DNA of 64,000 nucleotides from Candidatus Omnitrophota bacterium (GCA_016939375.1 JAFGHF010000063.1:2119-66118); one strand, 5' to 3'. Positions 8,477-18,190 are shown, numbered from the stretch's first letter. Notes: generated by a model from the letters alone, not told the origin. Numbers and translations are program-made.

Positions 8477-10435
8477 CTACACGGCGATTTCCTGCGGACT
8501 GGGTTGGTCAATAAAGGTCTTATGCCAGATCTCTAAGTTCAAGAGGTCCCAGATGCGCGCGCCGTGGTTGAACTCACCCGAAATATGCTCATCCAATATA
8601 TTATTTATATATTCTTTATTAAAGTAACCCCGAGAGATGCTTTCCTGAGATAAAAGCACATCGCGAGTGAAATCTTTTAGCTCGCTTCTAAACCAGCGGT
8701 CAATGGGCACACCAAAGCCCTGTTTTTTCCTCTTTAAGATCTCTTTGGGCAATAAGTCCCGGGCCACCTGTTTTAATATATATTTTTGTTCTAAACCATG
8801 CAATTTATAATTTAGCGGAAGCGATGCGGCGAATTCCATCACCTTGTGGTCTAAAAACGGCGAGCGGGCCTCCAGAGAATTGGCCATTGTGGCTATATCC
8901 ATCTTTACGCAGAGGTCTTCCGGCAAATAGCTGTTGACATCTACCTGCATCGCCTTTTCTGATGAACTCTCGGACTCTGCCTGCTGGGCAAGATCCAATA
9001 TATAATCGTAGACATCCTCGCTTAAGGCGGCCTTAAAATCGTTGCTATATAGACTATCTTTTTGATCCTGCTGAAACTGGCACATCCAGCTGATATATCT
9101 TCGCCACTCATCAGAGTAGTTGCGCAGGCCCATCAAAAGCGCTTCGATATACCTGGGTACTGGCCGCACATTGAGCCACTTAAGAGAAAGCGCGGCTGTC
9201 TTATCAAGAAGTCCTTTATTGCCGCGAAACATAGAAAGCGCAAGGTTAATAAAGGGCTTGGGCATATATTGAAGATACCTGCTTACCTTTAGGCCCTTAT
9301 ATCTTTCATATCCGGCAAAAGACTCGTCTCCTCCGTCGCCGTTTAGGGCCACGGTGACATACTCCCTGGTCATCTTGGCCACATAATAAGTAGGGATGGA
9401 GGAGGAATCCCCTAAAGGCTCGTTATAGTGCCAGATGAGTTTATTGAGCAGCTCAAAGGCATTGGGCTTGATGATAAACTCACGGTGCTCTGTGCTGTAG
9501 CGCTTGGCGATCAGCCTGGCAAATTCTATCTCGTTATAATTTTCTTCCTCAAAGCCGATTGTAAATGTCTTGACAGGCGCGCTCAGACATTTACTCATCA
9601 GGGCCACCACAAAGCTTGAGTCTATCCCTCCGCTTAAGAAAGCCCCCAAAGGCACATCGCTTATCAGGCGTAACTTCACCGCCTCGGTCAAAAGCTCCTT
9701 AAACATCTCTTTACTCTGGGCAAATGAGATCTTTTGCTTTTTGTAGCTAAGCCGCCAGTATCTTCTGGTCTTTATGCCATTTTTATCTAAAGTCAAAATA
9801 TGGGCGGGAGGAAGTTTGCTGATGCCCTTTATCATCGAGCGCGGGCTGGGGATATATCCGTAGGTGAGGAAATAATTTATGGCATTATAGTCTATCTCTT
9901 TGGGAATATTATTTTGCAGAAGGGCCTTTATCTCTGAGGCAAAGATAAAATTATTGCCGTCATAATAATAAGAGACCGGTTTTTTGCCTACCCTATCGCG
10001 GGCTAAAAATAATCTTTCTTTCTTTGTATCCCATATGGCAAAGGCGAACATCCCGCGTAATTTCTCAACGCAATCTAAGCCCATTTCCTCGTAAAGGTGG
10101 ACGATCACCTCGGTATCGCTTCTGGTCTTAAACTTATGGCCCCGGGCAGCGAGCTCTTCTTTCAGCTCTAAGAAATTATAGACCTCGCCGTTATGCACAA
10201 TCCAGATCAAGCCGTCTTCATTGCTCATCGGCTGATGGCCGGTGGAAAGATCGATTATGCTTAAGCGCCTATGGGCTAAGCCTGCCTGAGCTTTAGTATT
10301 GGGCGACTTCTCAAAAGAGGTATAGACCCCTTCATCATCTGGCCCGCGGTAGGAGAGGACATCGGCCATGCGCTTGATATCCTGGGGCTCGATTTTCCTG
10401 CCTTTAAAATTGCAACTTCCGGCGATACCACACAT
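8477..10435 (-). CDS. asnB: Asparagine synthase (glutamine-hydrolysing) family amidotransferase
   Basis: MCGIAG N-terminal Cys, RGPD, HRRLSIIDL, NGEVYN, LSGGIDSS, GDGGDE and EARSPFLD motifs. Confidence 0.93.
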   Translation of the reverse strand: MCGIAGSCNFKGRKIEPQDIKRMADVLSYRGPDDEGVYTSFEKSPNTKAQAGLAHRRLSIIDLSTGHQPMSNEDGLIWIVHNGEVYNFLELKEELAARGHKFKTRSDTEVIVHLYEEMGLDCVEKLRGMFAFAIWDTKKERLFLARDRVGKKPVSYYYDGNNFIFASEIKALLQNNIPKEIDYNAINYFLTYGYIPSPRSMIKGISKLPPAHILTLDKNGIKTRRYWRLSYKKQKISFAQSKEMFKELLTEAVKLRLISDVPLGAFLSGGIDSSFVVALMSKCLSAPVKTFTIGFEEENYNEIEFARLIAKRYSTEHREFIIKPNAFELLNKLIWHYNEPLGDSSSIPTYYVAKMTREYVTVALNGDGGDESFAGYERYKGLKVSRYLQYMPKPFINLALSMFRGNKGLLDKTAALSLKWLNVRPVPRYIEALLMGLRNYSDEWRRYISWMCQFQQDQKDSLYSNDFKAALSEDVYDYILDLAQQAESESSSEKAMQVDVNSYLPEDLCVKMDIATMANSLEARSPFLDHKVMEFAASLPLNYKLHGLEQKYILKQVARDLLPKEILKRKKQGFGVPIDRWFRSELKDFTRDVLLSQESISRGYFNKEYINNILDEHISGEFNHGARIWDLLNLEIWHKTFIDQPSPQEIAV

Positions 10436-10446
10436 CTTTATCTTGC

Positions 10447-11373
10447 CTATTCTTTATAAAGCTTACCTTGAAAACTCTCTTTTTCGGCTATCTTATCTTC
10501 GATTTTTTGCAAGACTATATTTTTTTCCAAAAGCCAAAGCGGGGCGACCAGATATTCCTTAGGACAATCGGCGCTGATCCTCTGGATCACGGTCTGGGGC
10601 CAAAGATGTTCTAGAAACTCCGTGGCCAGGTCCACATATTCATTTATGGACATAGGCTTATACTGCTTATCCCAGAATAACTGCTCAAGCTTGGTGCCTT
10701 TGATCACATGTAAGGGGTGGATCTTTACGCCGTCTACTTTTAAGTTGGCCAGGGTCCGGGCAGTGCCCATAATCTCATCTTTCGTCTCACCCGGTAAACC
10801 TATTATCACATGGGCGCAGACTTTTACCTTGCCCCTATTTTTGACCATCTGGTAAGTCTCTAAAAAGTCTGAGTAAGAGTGCCCACGGTTGATGAGCTGT
10901 AATGTCTTATCATGTATGCTCTGCAGGCCTAGTTCCAACCAGACCTCAAAGTCAGAGGCATAACTCTCTATCAGGTCCATGACTTCGTTGTTAACGCAGT
11001 CGGGCCGCGTGCCGATAGCGATGCCGGCGATATTGTAGAAGCTCTTTACGATATCATACTTTTCCTTCAATTCATTCACCGGGGCATAGGTATTGGTATA
11101 GCTCTGAAAATAGACGATGAATTTCTCGGCCTTAAACTTATTTAAGCCCGCCTCTATCCCCTTCTTGATCTGATGACGTATGGTCTGCTCGGGCATGCGC
11201 ACGTTAAAGCTAAATCCCTTGTTATCGCAGAAGATGCAACCGTCTTTGCTCTTGGTGCCGTCTCTGTTGGGACAGGAAAACCCCGCGTCGACGCTCACCT
11301 TATGTACCCGGCAGCCAAAACGTTCTTTTAGATAATCGGAAAATTTATAATATGGCTTATGTATATTTTCCAT
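10447..11373 (-). CDS. TIGR01212/YhcC-family radical SAM protein
   Basis: CPNRDG...GCIFC, YFQSYTNTY, GTRPDC and ELGLQS motifs. ATG at 11373 follows GAAGGAG. Confidence 0.88.
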   Translation of the reverse strand: MENIHKPYYKFSDYLKERFGCRVHKVSVDAGFSCPNRDGTKSKDGCIFCDNKGFSFNVRMPEQTIRHQIKKGIEAGLNKFKAEKFIVYFQSYTNTYAPVNELKEKYDIVKSFYNIAGIAIGTRPDCVNNEVMDLIESYASDFEVWLELGLQSIHDKTLQLINRGHSYSDFLETYQMVKNRGKVKVCAHVIIGLPGETKDEIMGTARTLANLKVDGVKIHPLHVIKGTKLEQLFWDKQYKPMSINEYVDLATEFLEHLWPQTVIQRISADCPKEYLVAPLWLLEKNIVLQKIEDKIAEKESFQGKLYKE

Positions 11374-13222
11374 TCTCACTCCTTCTTCGTACATGGACCA
11401 TCAGGACCATCAGTGCCGCCGGAGTTACTCCGGAGATACGATTGGCCTGGCCTAATGTAAGGGGCCTGCTTTTGTTTAGCTTTTCCCTGATCTCACGGGA
11501 AAGAGCGGTGATCTTCGAGTAATCTAATTCTTGAGGTATCTTTATTTTCTCCAAATGCTTAAAATTGCGCACCTCGGTAAGCTGCCTTTTAATAAAACCG
11601 GAATATTTTGTCTCGGTCTCTATACCCTCAAGCACGCTTTGCGAATAATCAAAAGGCAGGTGTTCTTTTATATCTTGGATCTTTACCTGCGGGCGCTTGA
11701 GCAATTGGAAAAACGAGATATTCTTATGCCCGGGGACAGTTCTCTGATTGGCGTGAGAACCGGTCTTGACTTTAAGGTGGTGGTCTTTTAAGTACTGGAT
11801 GCCTTCCTGGATCTGGGCCTGTTTCTTTTGGGCCCTCTGGAAATCCTTCTTGCTCACCAGGCCAAATTCAAAGCCGAATTTGCGCAAGCGCGCGTCGGCA
11901 TTGTCTTCGCGGATCAAAAGGCGGTATTCCACGCGCGAGGTAAACATACGGTATGGTTCGGGAGTACCTTTAGTCACCAAATCGTCTATAAGCACTCCTA
12001 TATAACTTGTGGAACGGTCAAGCTCAAAAGGCTCTTTGCCTCTAATGCGCAGCCCGGCGTTTATAGCTGCGATCAATCCTTGGGCAGCGGCCTCTTCATA
12101 ACCGGTGGTCCCGTTTATTTGTCCGGCAAGATATAAGTTCTTTATCCTTTTTGTCTCTAAGCTGGGGTAAAGTTCTCTGGAGTCCACTACATCGTGCTCT
12201 ATGCCGTAGCCATAGCGGTTAATCTTGGCCTTCTCTAAACCGGGCACCGAATGTATAAATTCATCCTGCACATCTTCGGGCAGGCTGGTGGAGAGCCCAT
12301 TGGGATAATATTCATCGCCTCTTGAGCCTTCTGGCTCTAAGAAGATCTGATGCCGCGAGTGGTGCGGGAATTTTACTACCTTATCTTCAAAAGAGGGGCA
12401 ATAGCGCACCCCCGTACCTATGATTTTGCCGCTAAATAAGGGTGATTTATCTAAGTTTTTGCGGATGATCTCGTGGGTCTTCTCATCTGTATAGGTAATA
12501 TAACAAGGGACTTGTTTTAACTTCAGCTTTTTGGTAGAAAAAGAAAACGCGCGTGGCGGCGAATCCCCTTCCTGGGGTTGCATTTTTTCAAAGTCCAGAC
12601 TCCTACCTTCAAGTCTGGCACAGGTACCGGTCTTAAAACGCAACATATTAAATCCAAGTTCATGAAATTCGCGGGCTAAGCTTTCGCTGGTATCCCTCTC
12701 CTCTATTCTTCCTCCGGGAAGACTGCGCATCCCGAAATGAATCAGCCCGTTTAGAAAAGTACCCGGGGTAACTATCACTGTCTGCGAGCAGACCTCTTTA
12801 TTATCCGATGTCTTGACCCCGAAAATCCTTCCGTCTTTTATTAAGAACCCCGCCACTTCGGCTTCCATGACCTTCAGTTTTTTTTGGGCGCTTATCGCTT
12901 TTTGCATATACGAGGCGTATTTTTTACGGTCAACCTGCGCCCGCGAGGACCAGACCGCAGCCCCTTTTGAGGCATTGAGCGTCCTGAATTGTATGGCTGA
13001 GGCATCAGTAGCACGGGCCATCTCACCGCCCAAGGCGTCTATCTCTTTTACAAGCTGGCCTTTTCCTATTCCGCCCACAGCCGGGTTGCAAGACATGATG
13101 CCTATCGCATTCTTGTGCAAGGTAATCAAAAGGGTAAGGGCGCCCATGCGCGCGCTGGCTAAGGCGGCTTCGCAGCCGGCATGTCCCGCCCCTACAACTA
13201 TCACATCGTATTTTTTCATCAT
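11357..13222 (-). CDS. mnmG: tRNA uridine-5-carboxymethylaminomethyl(34) synthesis enzyme
   Basis: GAGHAGCEAA, MSCNPAVGG, RFKTGT, RYCPSFEDK, GQINGTTGYEEAAAQG and EPYRMFTSR motifs. Confidence 0.96.
   Translation of the reverse strand: MMKKYDVIVVGAGHAGCEAALASARMGALTLLITLHKNAIGIMSCNPAVGGIGKGQLVKEIDALGGEMARATDASAIQFRTLNASKGAAVWSSRAQVDRKKYASYMQKAISAQKKLKVMEAEVAGFLIKDGRIFGVKTSDNKEVCSQTVIVTPGTFLNGLIHFGMRSLPGGRIEERDTSESLAREFHELGFNMLRFKTGTCARLEGRSLDFEKMQPQEGDSPPRAFSFSTKKLKLKQVPCYITYTDEKTHEIIRKNLDKSPLFSGKIIGTGVRYCPSFEDKVVKFPHHSRHQIFLEPEGSRGDEYYPNGLSTSLPEDVQDEFIHSVPGLEKAKINRYGYGIEHDVVDSRELYPSLETKRIKNLYLAGQINGTTGYEEAAAQGLIAAINAGLRIRGKEPFELDRSTSYIGVLIDDLVTKGTPEPYRMFTSRVEYRLLIREDNADARLRKFGFEFGLVSKKDFQRAQKKQAQIQEGIQYLKDHHLKVKTGSHANQRTVPGHKNISFFQLLKRPQVKIQDIKEHLPFDYSQSVLEGIETETKYSGFIKRQLTEVRNFKHLEKIKIPQELDYSKITALSREIREKLNKSRPLTLGQANRISGVTPAALMVLMVHVRRRSENGKYT
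11733..11769. repeat. 37-bp hairpin repeat, copy inside mnmG
   Basis: GGGACAGTTCTCTGATTGGCGTGAGAACCGGTCTTGA, 34/37 identical to 17623-17659. Confidence 0.85.
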
Positions 13223-13231
13223 CGGCTTAGA

Positions 13232-13274
13232 AAACAATGGACGGCCAAACGATTGAGAGCCGTCCGCTTTTTTA
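13232..13274. terminator. Possible intrinsic terminator after the pilus cluster
   Basis: GGACGGC-13 nt-GCCGTCC stem with T-rich flanks on both strands. Confidence 0.4.
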
Positions 13275-13287
13275 TTTACACTCCATT

Positions 13288-13686
13288 TTACTCTATTACT
13301 AAGACTTCTTGACTTACGCCATCACTTAAGATTACTCTGTTCTCTTCGATGCGTTCCACCTTCATACCGCCGATCTCGTCCCCGGCATGCACTACCTCGC
13401 CGTTTATCAAGGCATAAGGAGATTCCTCGTCCCAGATAACTCCGGAAAGGTTAAGCTGGACCCTGGCCTCGGCCTCTTCACTGGGCCAGACAAAAGGATT
13501 CCTGCCCCATTCTTTATAAGCCGTTCTTTTTTTATCCTCTAAGTTCGGTAATTCCACAGTTTTATTTGCTAAAGGAGCAAGGGCGTTTGAAGAAGACTGT
13601 CCTTTTTTTGTGCCTTTGGGCAGCCAGATCACCAGCGCCACTACCACAAGAACGGCAAGAATCGCGATCCCTTGAATCTTCTTCAT
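13288..13686 (-). CDS. PilP/GspB-like pilus assembly protein
   Basis: N-terminal TM, GRNPF motif, LSGVIWD..ALINGEVV..GDEI; last gene of the pilMNO block. Confidence 0.7.
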   Translation of the reverse strand: MKKIQGIAILAVLVVVALVIWLPKGTKKGQSSSNALAPLANKTVELPNLEDKKRTAYKEWGRNPFVWPSEEAEARVQLNLSGVIWDEESPYALINGEVVHAGDEIGGMKVERIEENRVILSDGVSQEVLVIE

Positions 13687-13687
13687 C

Positions 13688-14230
13688 TTATTCCGGCTCC
13701 ATATATAGTTTGACCGTCATATCCACGTCTAACTTAGCCAAGGCGCCTTTAGGCCGCACAGAGAACGCCGCTACTTCCCCCACAGTGAGCGGAAATTCCT
13801 CTATATAAACGAGAAATTGCCCCAGGCCCCTGTAGTCACATTCGAGCTTAAGTTCGATGGGTAAGACACTAAAATTTCCTTCTTCATAACTCTGTTCATC
13901 AGCGGGCGTGATCGAAATGAATTTAAGGCCTAATTGCCCGCCATAGGCAGTGATATCATCGATAGCCAAAGAAACGTCTTTTTGCTTCATCAAATCTTTA
14001 GCCAAATCTATCTTTTTTAAAGAATCAATGGCTTTGCGCTGAGAGATAAGCTGGCCGTCTAAGCTGTTTAAGTAATTTTTTGTCCGGCTCAACCTTAAAG
14101 CCAAAGGACGATGGGCGATGAGCAGGACCAAGATGACCACGAATATAGCCAAGCCATAAATAATAAACTGCATCTGGCGCTTATCCAGGCTATTTTTTAA
14201 TTTGTTTATACTCTCTTTTATATCGCTCAT
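13688..14230 (-). CDS. pilO: Type IV pilus assembly protein PilO-like
   Basis: TM plus coiled coil plus LPIELKLECDYRGLGQFL ferredoxin-like domain; follows pilM-N. Confidence 0.75.
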   Translation of the reverse strand: MSDIKESINKLKNSLDKRQMQFIIYGLAIFVVILVLLIAHRPLALRLSRTKNYLNSLDGQLISQRKAIDSLKKIDLAKDLMKQKDVSLAIDDITAYGGQLGLKFISITPADEQSYEEGNFSVLPIELKLECDYRGLGQFLVYIEEFPLTVGEVAAFSVRPKGALAKLDVDMTVKLYMEPE

Positions 14231-14232
14231 TT

Positions 14233-15825
14233 TTATTTTAAACTCAGTTTAAGTTCAAATTGATATAACCCTTGCGCGGTGGCGTTTTTTGTAGTAACTA
14301 ATTTCACTTCTTCAAAGATGCCTTTTTCCAAAGTCTTCATGCACTCGGTAAGCAGTTTTTCTTCTGATGTCTTAGAGGGTTTTATCTCGCCGGCAAGCTG
14401 AACGCTATTTTGGGCGGCCTTCATCTTAGTCAGGCGTATCTGCTCAGGCACACAATTGCCGATTTCCTTTAGGACATCGCTCCAATAGATACGCTTATTT
14501 AAGGCATCGACCAAAAATGCCTGCTTGTTTACCTGCCCTATCCTGGGCTTTAACGCGCCTAACTCCAGCTCGGCCGCGGCCAGGCGCTTAAGATCCGTAC
14601 CCAGCTTGATCCTCATGCCCACATAGCTTAAAATCAATATCACAAAGACCGCAGCCATCAGGGCTTTGATAGAGGAGCGCTCGATCAATATTTTGGTCTC
14701 TTCTTTGATCTCTACCGGCAAGAGGTTTATTGAGTCTTTTGCGCTCTGGGCCACACCGATGGCCTGGGCAAACCTATGTGCCTGGGTAGCGTTATTTTCC
14801 AAAAGATAAGGGGCTAGGCTTGAGACATCTATAAAAGGGTTGCCCAATTCAACGGGAATGCCTAAGTTTTCATTAAGCTGTTTGGCCAGGCCTTTTAAAT
14901 CACTGCCGCCCCCCAAAAGGATCAACCTCTCTACCTTGATGCCTTGTTCGCTCTCTCTATAGAAGTCAAAAGACCTCTCTATCTCCTCAATAAGTTTTTC
15001 CACATTCGGGCGCAAAAGCGACAAAAGCTGCATGCTGGTCAACTTACCTTCAAGCACTTGCGAAGTCGCGCTCTCGGGTATGCCGTATTTTCTTTTGATC
15101 TTTTCCGCCTGGGCAAAGTTCAACTGGATCTTGCCCAACTCCGAAGCCAACACTTGGGTCATCGCTTTTGTAAATTCTCTGGCGGCCACCGGTAATTTGC
15201 GGCTAAAAGCGGCTTTCCCCTTCTGAAAGATAAAAAGTTCGCTTAGGCTATGTCCGATATCTAAAATCGCGGTGGTCTTCTGTCCTTCTGAGCCCAGCCC
15301 GGCGATGACATCATCAAGGACGAAACCGGCCTGGGTAAAAAGATGCGGTTTCAGACCCAATTGGCCAAGCAGGCTGATATAATTGTTTATAGTCGCCTGC
15401 GGAGAGCAGGCTACTAAGATCTTCAGTTTTTTTGCTCCCGATTCGCTGACTTCCTCGAGGACCTTAAAGTCCAATACGGATTCGTCAACGGGAAATGAGA
15501 TAAAATCCTTCATCTCCCATTTAAGGGCGGGGATTATCTCCGCTTTGGGCATATAAGGAATGGTGATCACCCTGGTGCAGCTTTGCGCACAGTTGACCAC
15601 CACATTGATATCACTCTCCTGGGCATTGATAGATTTGAACAGTTCTTTCAAGGCCTCCAATTGCGCCACAGGAGTATCTTTTTCTAAATTTATCTCTTTT
15701 AAGACCAGCTGAGACAGCTGTAATTTGCCTTCGGCGTGCACAAATTTGGCCAGCTTGATAGCGGCCGTGCCTATATCCAGGCCGATAACACTTTTCTTTC
15801 TTGTAAAGAATTTCGGTTTGACCAT
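14233..15825 (-). CDS. pilM: Type IV pilus assembly protein PilM fused to a PilN-like C-terminus
   Basis: IGLDIG, LDIGH and LLGGGS actin-like motifs, then INLLP, a TM segment and a periplasmic PilN-like domain. Confidence 0.85.
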   Translation of the reverse strand: MVKPKFFTRKKSVIGLDIGTAAIKLAKFVHAEGKLQLSQLVLKEINLEKDTPVAQLEALKELFKSINAQESDINVVVNCAQSCTRVITIPYMPKAEIIPALKWEMKDFISFPVDESVLDFKVLEEVSESGAKKLKILVACSPQATINNYISLLGQLGLKPHLFTQAGFVLDDVIAGLGSEGQKTTAILDIGHSLSELFIFQKGKAAFSRKLPVAAREFTKAMTQVLASELGKIQLNFAQAEKIKRKYGIPESATSQVLEGKLTSMQLLSLLRPNVEKLIEEIERSFDFYRESEQGIKVERLILLGGGSDLKGLAKQLNENLGIPVELGNPFIDVSSLAPYLLENNATQAHRFAQAIGVAQSAKDSINLLPVEIKEETKILIERSSIKALMAAVFVILILSYVGMRIKLGTDLKRLAAAELELGALKPRIGQVNKQAFLVDALNKRIYWSDVLKEIGNCVPEQIRLTKMKAAQNSVQLAGEIKPSKTSEEKLLTECMKTLEKGIFEEVKLVTTKNATAQGLYQFELKLSLK

Positions 15826-15844
15826 TATATATCTCTTTTTTAGA

Positions 15845-16669
15845 TTACCAAAAAGTGACGAATTTCCCCAGGCCCAAGCTCACCCCCGGAGCTGAGCCGG
15901 TATCATAAGCCTCAAGCTCATTTACTTCCGGCCGGTTCCCGTTGACATTAAGTTTAAGATAACGCGCTGTTACCGAATCGAAGCTGACCGCGCCGCCGGG
16001 ACTCTCCACAGGGTTACTTACCGGCTGATAAGCGACATTATCTGTAGAATATTGTATCTGATATGAAGCGATCTGGTTGCCGTCAAATACTATCTTATCA
16101 AAATCGATCTGGCTGGCAAAATCGTGTTTGAGCCAGGAGCCGTTGCTTATGTTAGATTTCCATTTAGTATTACTGAGCCCATCGTTTGATTTATTGGCGG
16201 TATTTCCTCCTTGCGCCGAAGACGCGGAAGCCACGGCAGTCAAAGAAAGGTTGGGCCCATCTCCCCCAGCCGATACCTGTATATTTCGCTGCACGGCTTT
16301 TCTTTTGGCTATAGGATCATTATCATCGGGGATATAGCCTTCCGATTCGATTGTATATGTGCCGTCACCGTTATCGACAGTGGTGACGGTATACGTCCCT
16401 TCATAAGGGCCCTCTCCAAAAGGCTCATCTTCCTCGCCCCAGCCCACCGGCTCTTGGCCAATGGTCAGGGCCCATCTTGCTTTGGCTATCCCTGCCTCGG
16501 CTATATAAAAGGCCTGCATGTTGCGCAACCCCGCAGCGGAAGACCTTATTTCATAATGGACCATGGTCACAAAGGCCAGGACAACTACTGTCAGGCTGAT
16601 CAAGGTTATAAAGACAAAAATAAGCGCTGCTCCTGTTCTTTCTTTCGCGACTCCTGCATTCATCATCAT
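15845..16669 (-). CDS. PilX-like minor pilin with C-terminal F5/8 (discoidin)-like domain
   Basis: GAAL..hydrophobic helix and QAFYIAEAGI. C-terminal ASASS, NDGLSNTKW, YQIQYSTD and ARYLKL. Confidence 0.75.
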   Translation of the reverse strand: MMMNAGVAKERTGAALIFVFITLISLTVVVLAFVTMVHYEIRSSAAGLRNMQAFYIAEAGIAKARWALTIGQEPVGWGEEDEPFGEGPYEGTYTVTTVDNGDGTYTIESEGYIPDDNDPIAKRKAVQRNIQVSAGGDGPNLSLTAVASASSAQGGNTANKSNDGLSNTKWKSNISNGSWLKHDFASQIDFDKIVFDGNQIASYQIQYSTDNVAYQPVSNPVESPGGAVSFDSVTARYLKLNVNGNRPEVNELEAYDTGSAPGVSLGLGKFVTFW

Positions 16670-17178
16670 TGATTCCTGGCATATACGCTGGAGCTTAAAG
16701 TAAAGCTTTCCTCGGCCTTATTCATATCAAGAGAAATCGTAATCACCCGGATAGAGTCGCGCTTAGACTGTGAAGCGACATCCGCAGGCAAACTCATTAG
16801 GTCGTTATCCACATCGCGATAGGCAAGCGCAAAATCTTCCACATCAGATGCCAATGTCGTCTGGGTTGCCCCTTCTGTCCTGATCAGCTTGTTTGAGTTG
16901 ATTCCAAAAGCCACTGTCTCATCGCTGCCGTTGTCATCTAAGTCGGCCGTAAATGTTATTGCGTCTTCGTCGGCATCGGTAATACTGCTGGCCTGGCCCA
17001 GCTCACGCACCATCCGCTCCATGGCCAGAGAACTCTCTGATCTGATCTGACTGCGGTCTCTACTAGTGCCCCATACTCTTAAGCCCACGACAAAAACCCA
17101 GAGGGCCGAGACCACCAGCACGGAAAAAAGGGCCATTACTATTATTAATTCTATTAAAGTAAAACTTTTTTTACTCAA
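16666..17178 (-). CDS. Prepilin-type minor pilin (PilW/GspJ-like)
   Basis: KKS|FTLIEL N-terminal motif and AMERMVREL. Confidence 0.8.
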   Translation of the reverse strand: MSKKSFTLIELIIVMALFSVLVVSALWVFVVGLRVWGTSRDRSQIRSESSLAMERMVRELGQASSITDADEDAITFTADLDDNGSDETVAFGINSNKLIRTEGATQTTLASDVEDFALAYRDVDNDLMSLPADVASQSKRDSIRVITISLDMNKAEESFTLSSSVYARNQ

Positions 17179-17600
17179 TTTTTAGAGATATATGTCGCCA
17201 AGGCAACAGATATTTCATCAGATTTATATGTCCAATACGTCTTCACGATTACTTTTTTAAGGTCTATCTGGGGCTCGCTAACGATGACCTCTCTCTGAAA
17301 ACCGGGGAATCCGACTATATCCGCTTTAGCCTCATCGACGACTTCCGTATCAAAATCCAGGTTTTTAAACTCTTCCATCCTCTGCTGGGCCAAGTTCATG
17401 GCCACAGTCGTGCTCTCGGCATCATAACTGCTCACCAAGCCTGTGCTGAAAAGCCCTACCACAAAGACGACCCCCAGCACCATGATGATCAGGGTAATCA
17501 GGATTTCCAGCAATGTAAAAGCACGCCTCGTGATTCGTGATTCGCAGTTCGATATATTTATCACTTGCGTAAGCTCTTTATTAGGTTGGTTCATAAGCAT
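17175..17600 (-). CDS. Prepilin-type minor pilin (PilV-like)
   Basis: RRA|FTLLEIL and AMNLAQQRMEE. Confidence 0.8.
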   Translation of the reverse strand: MLMNQPNKELTQVINISNCESRITRRAFTLLEILITLIIMVLGVVFVVGLFSTGLVSSYDAESTTVAMNLAQQRMEEFKNLDFDTEVVDEAKADIVGFPGFQREVIVSEPQIDLKKVIVKTYWTYKSDEISVALATYISKN

Positions 17601-17622
17601 TCGCCCTCGAGCTCTATATAGA

Positions 17623-17659
17623 GGGACAGTTCTCCGATTGGCGCAAGAACCGGTCTTGA
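17623..17659. repeat. 37-bp hairpin repeat, intergenic copy after the major pilin
   Basis: GGGACAGTTCTCCGATTGGCGCAAGAACCGGTCTTGA. Confidence 0.85.
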
Positions 17660-17662
17660 TTT

Positions 17663-18127
17663 TTAGAAGCCGCCGGTGCCGCTGGTGCCGTTGGAGATAT
17701 AAATATCATCATCGGGAGTGCCTTGAATAGCTCCTGTCCCGTTTACTCCCGTAATATCCGCCGCGCCGTCAGGGCCTACAGAAAAGATGACGTAGTAATC
17801 TGAATTGGTGCCGGCATCAGTGGCATATCTATATTGCACACCGGCGTCAAAGGGGTCATTGAGTATCTGGCCGATGATCTGCGGCGAAGCACCGGTAATG
17901 GCCGATTGCCAGCTGGTATTCACCGCCGCGCCCTGGCTGGGATATTGCCTGCTATTATGTATATAATATGACTCTACCGCTGCCGCCAGGCCACGCAACT
18001 CTCCCGCCGCCTTGGCTATATTACCTTCCTCCTGCATGCCCCTGAAGCGAGGCAGGGCAATACCGATTAAAATAGCAATCACGGTTATTACTATTAAAAG
18101 CTCGATGATAGTAAAACCTCTTTTCAT
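17663..18127 (-). CDS. Major type IV pilin / GspG-like pseudopilin
   Basis: MKRG|FTIIELLIVITVIAILIGIALP, DPF..Y.Y and SVGPDG..DDI. Strong GGGGAG ribosome-binding site before ATG 18127. Confidence 0.88.
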   Translation of the reverse strand: MKRGFTIIELLIVITVIAILIGIALPRFRGMQEEGNIAKAAGELRGLAAAVESYYIHNSRQYPSQGAAVNTSWQSAITGASPQIIGQILNDPFDAGVQYRYATDAGTNSDYYVIFSVGPDGAADITGVNGTGAIQGTPDDDIYISNGTSGTGGF

Positions 18128-18161
18128 TGCTCCCCCTTGTGTTTTTATTCCCTTTTTATAT

Positions 18162-18190
18162 ATTTTACAATCTTCAAAGAAGTTAGGCAA
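18162..18190 (-). promoter_or_regulatory. Internal sigma70 promoter for the major pilin
   Basis: TTGCCT-17 nt-TAAAAT in the pilC-pilin gap. Confidence 0.55.
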
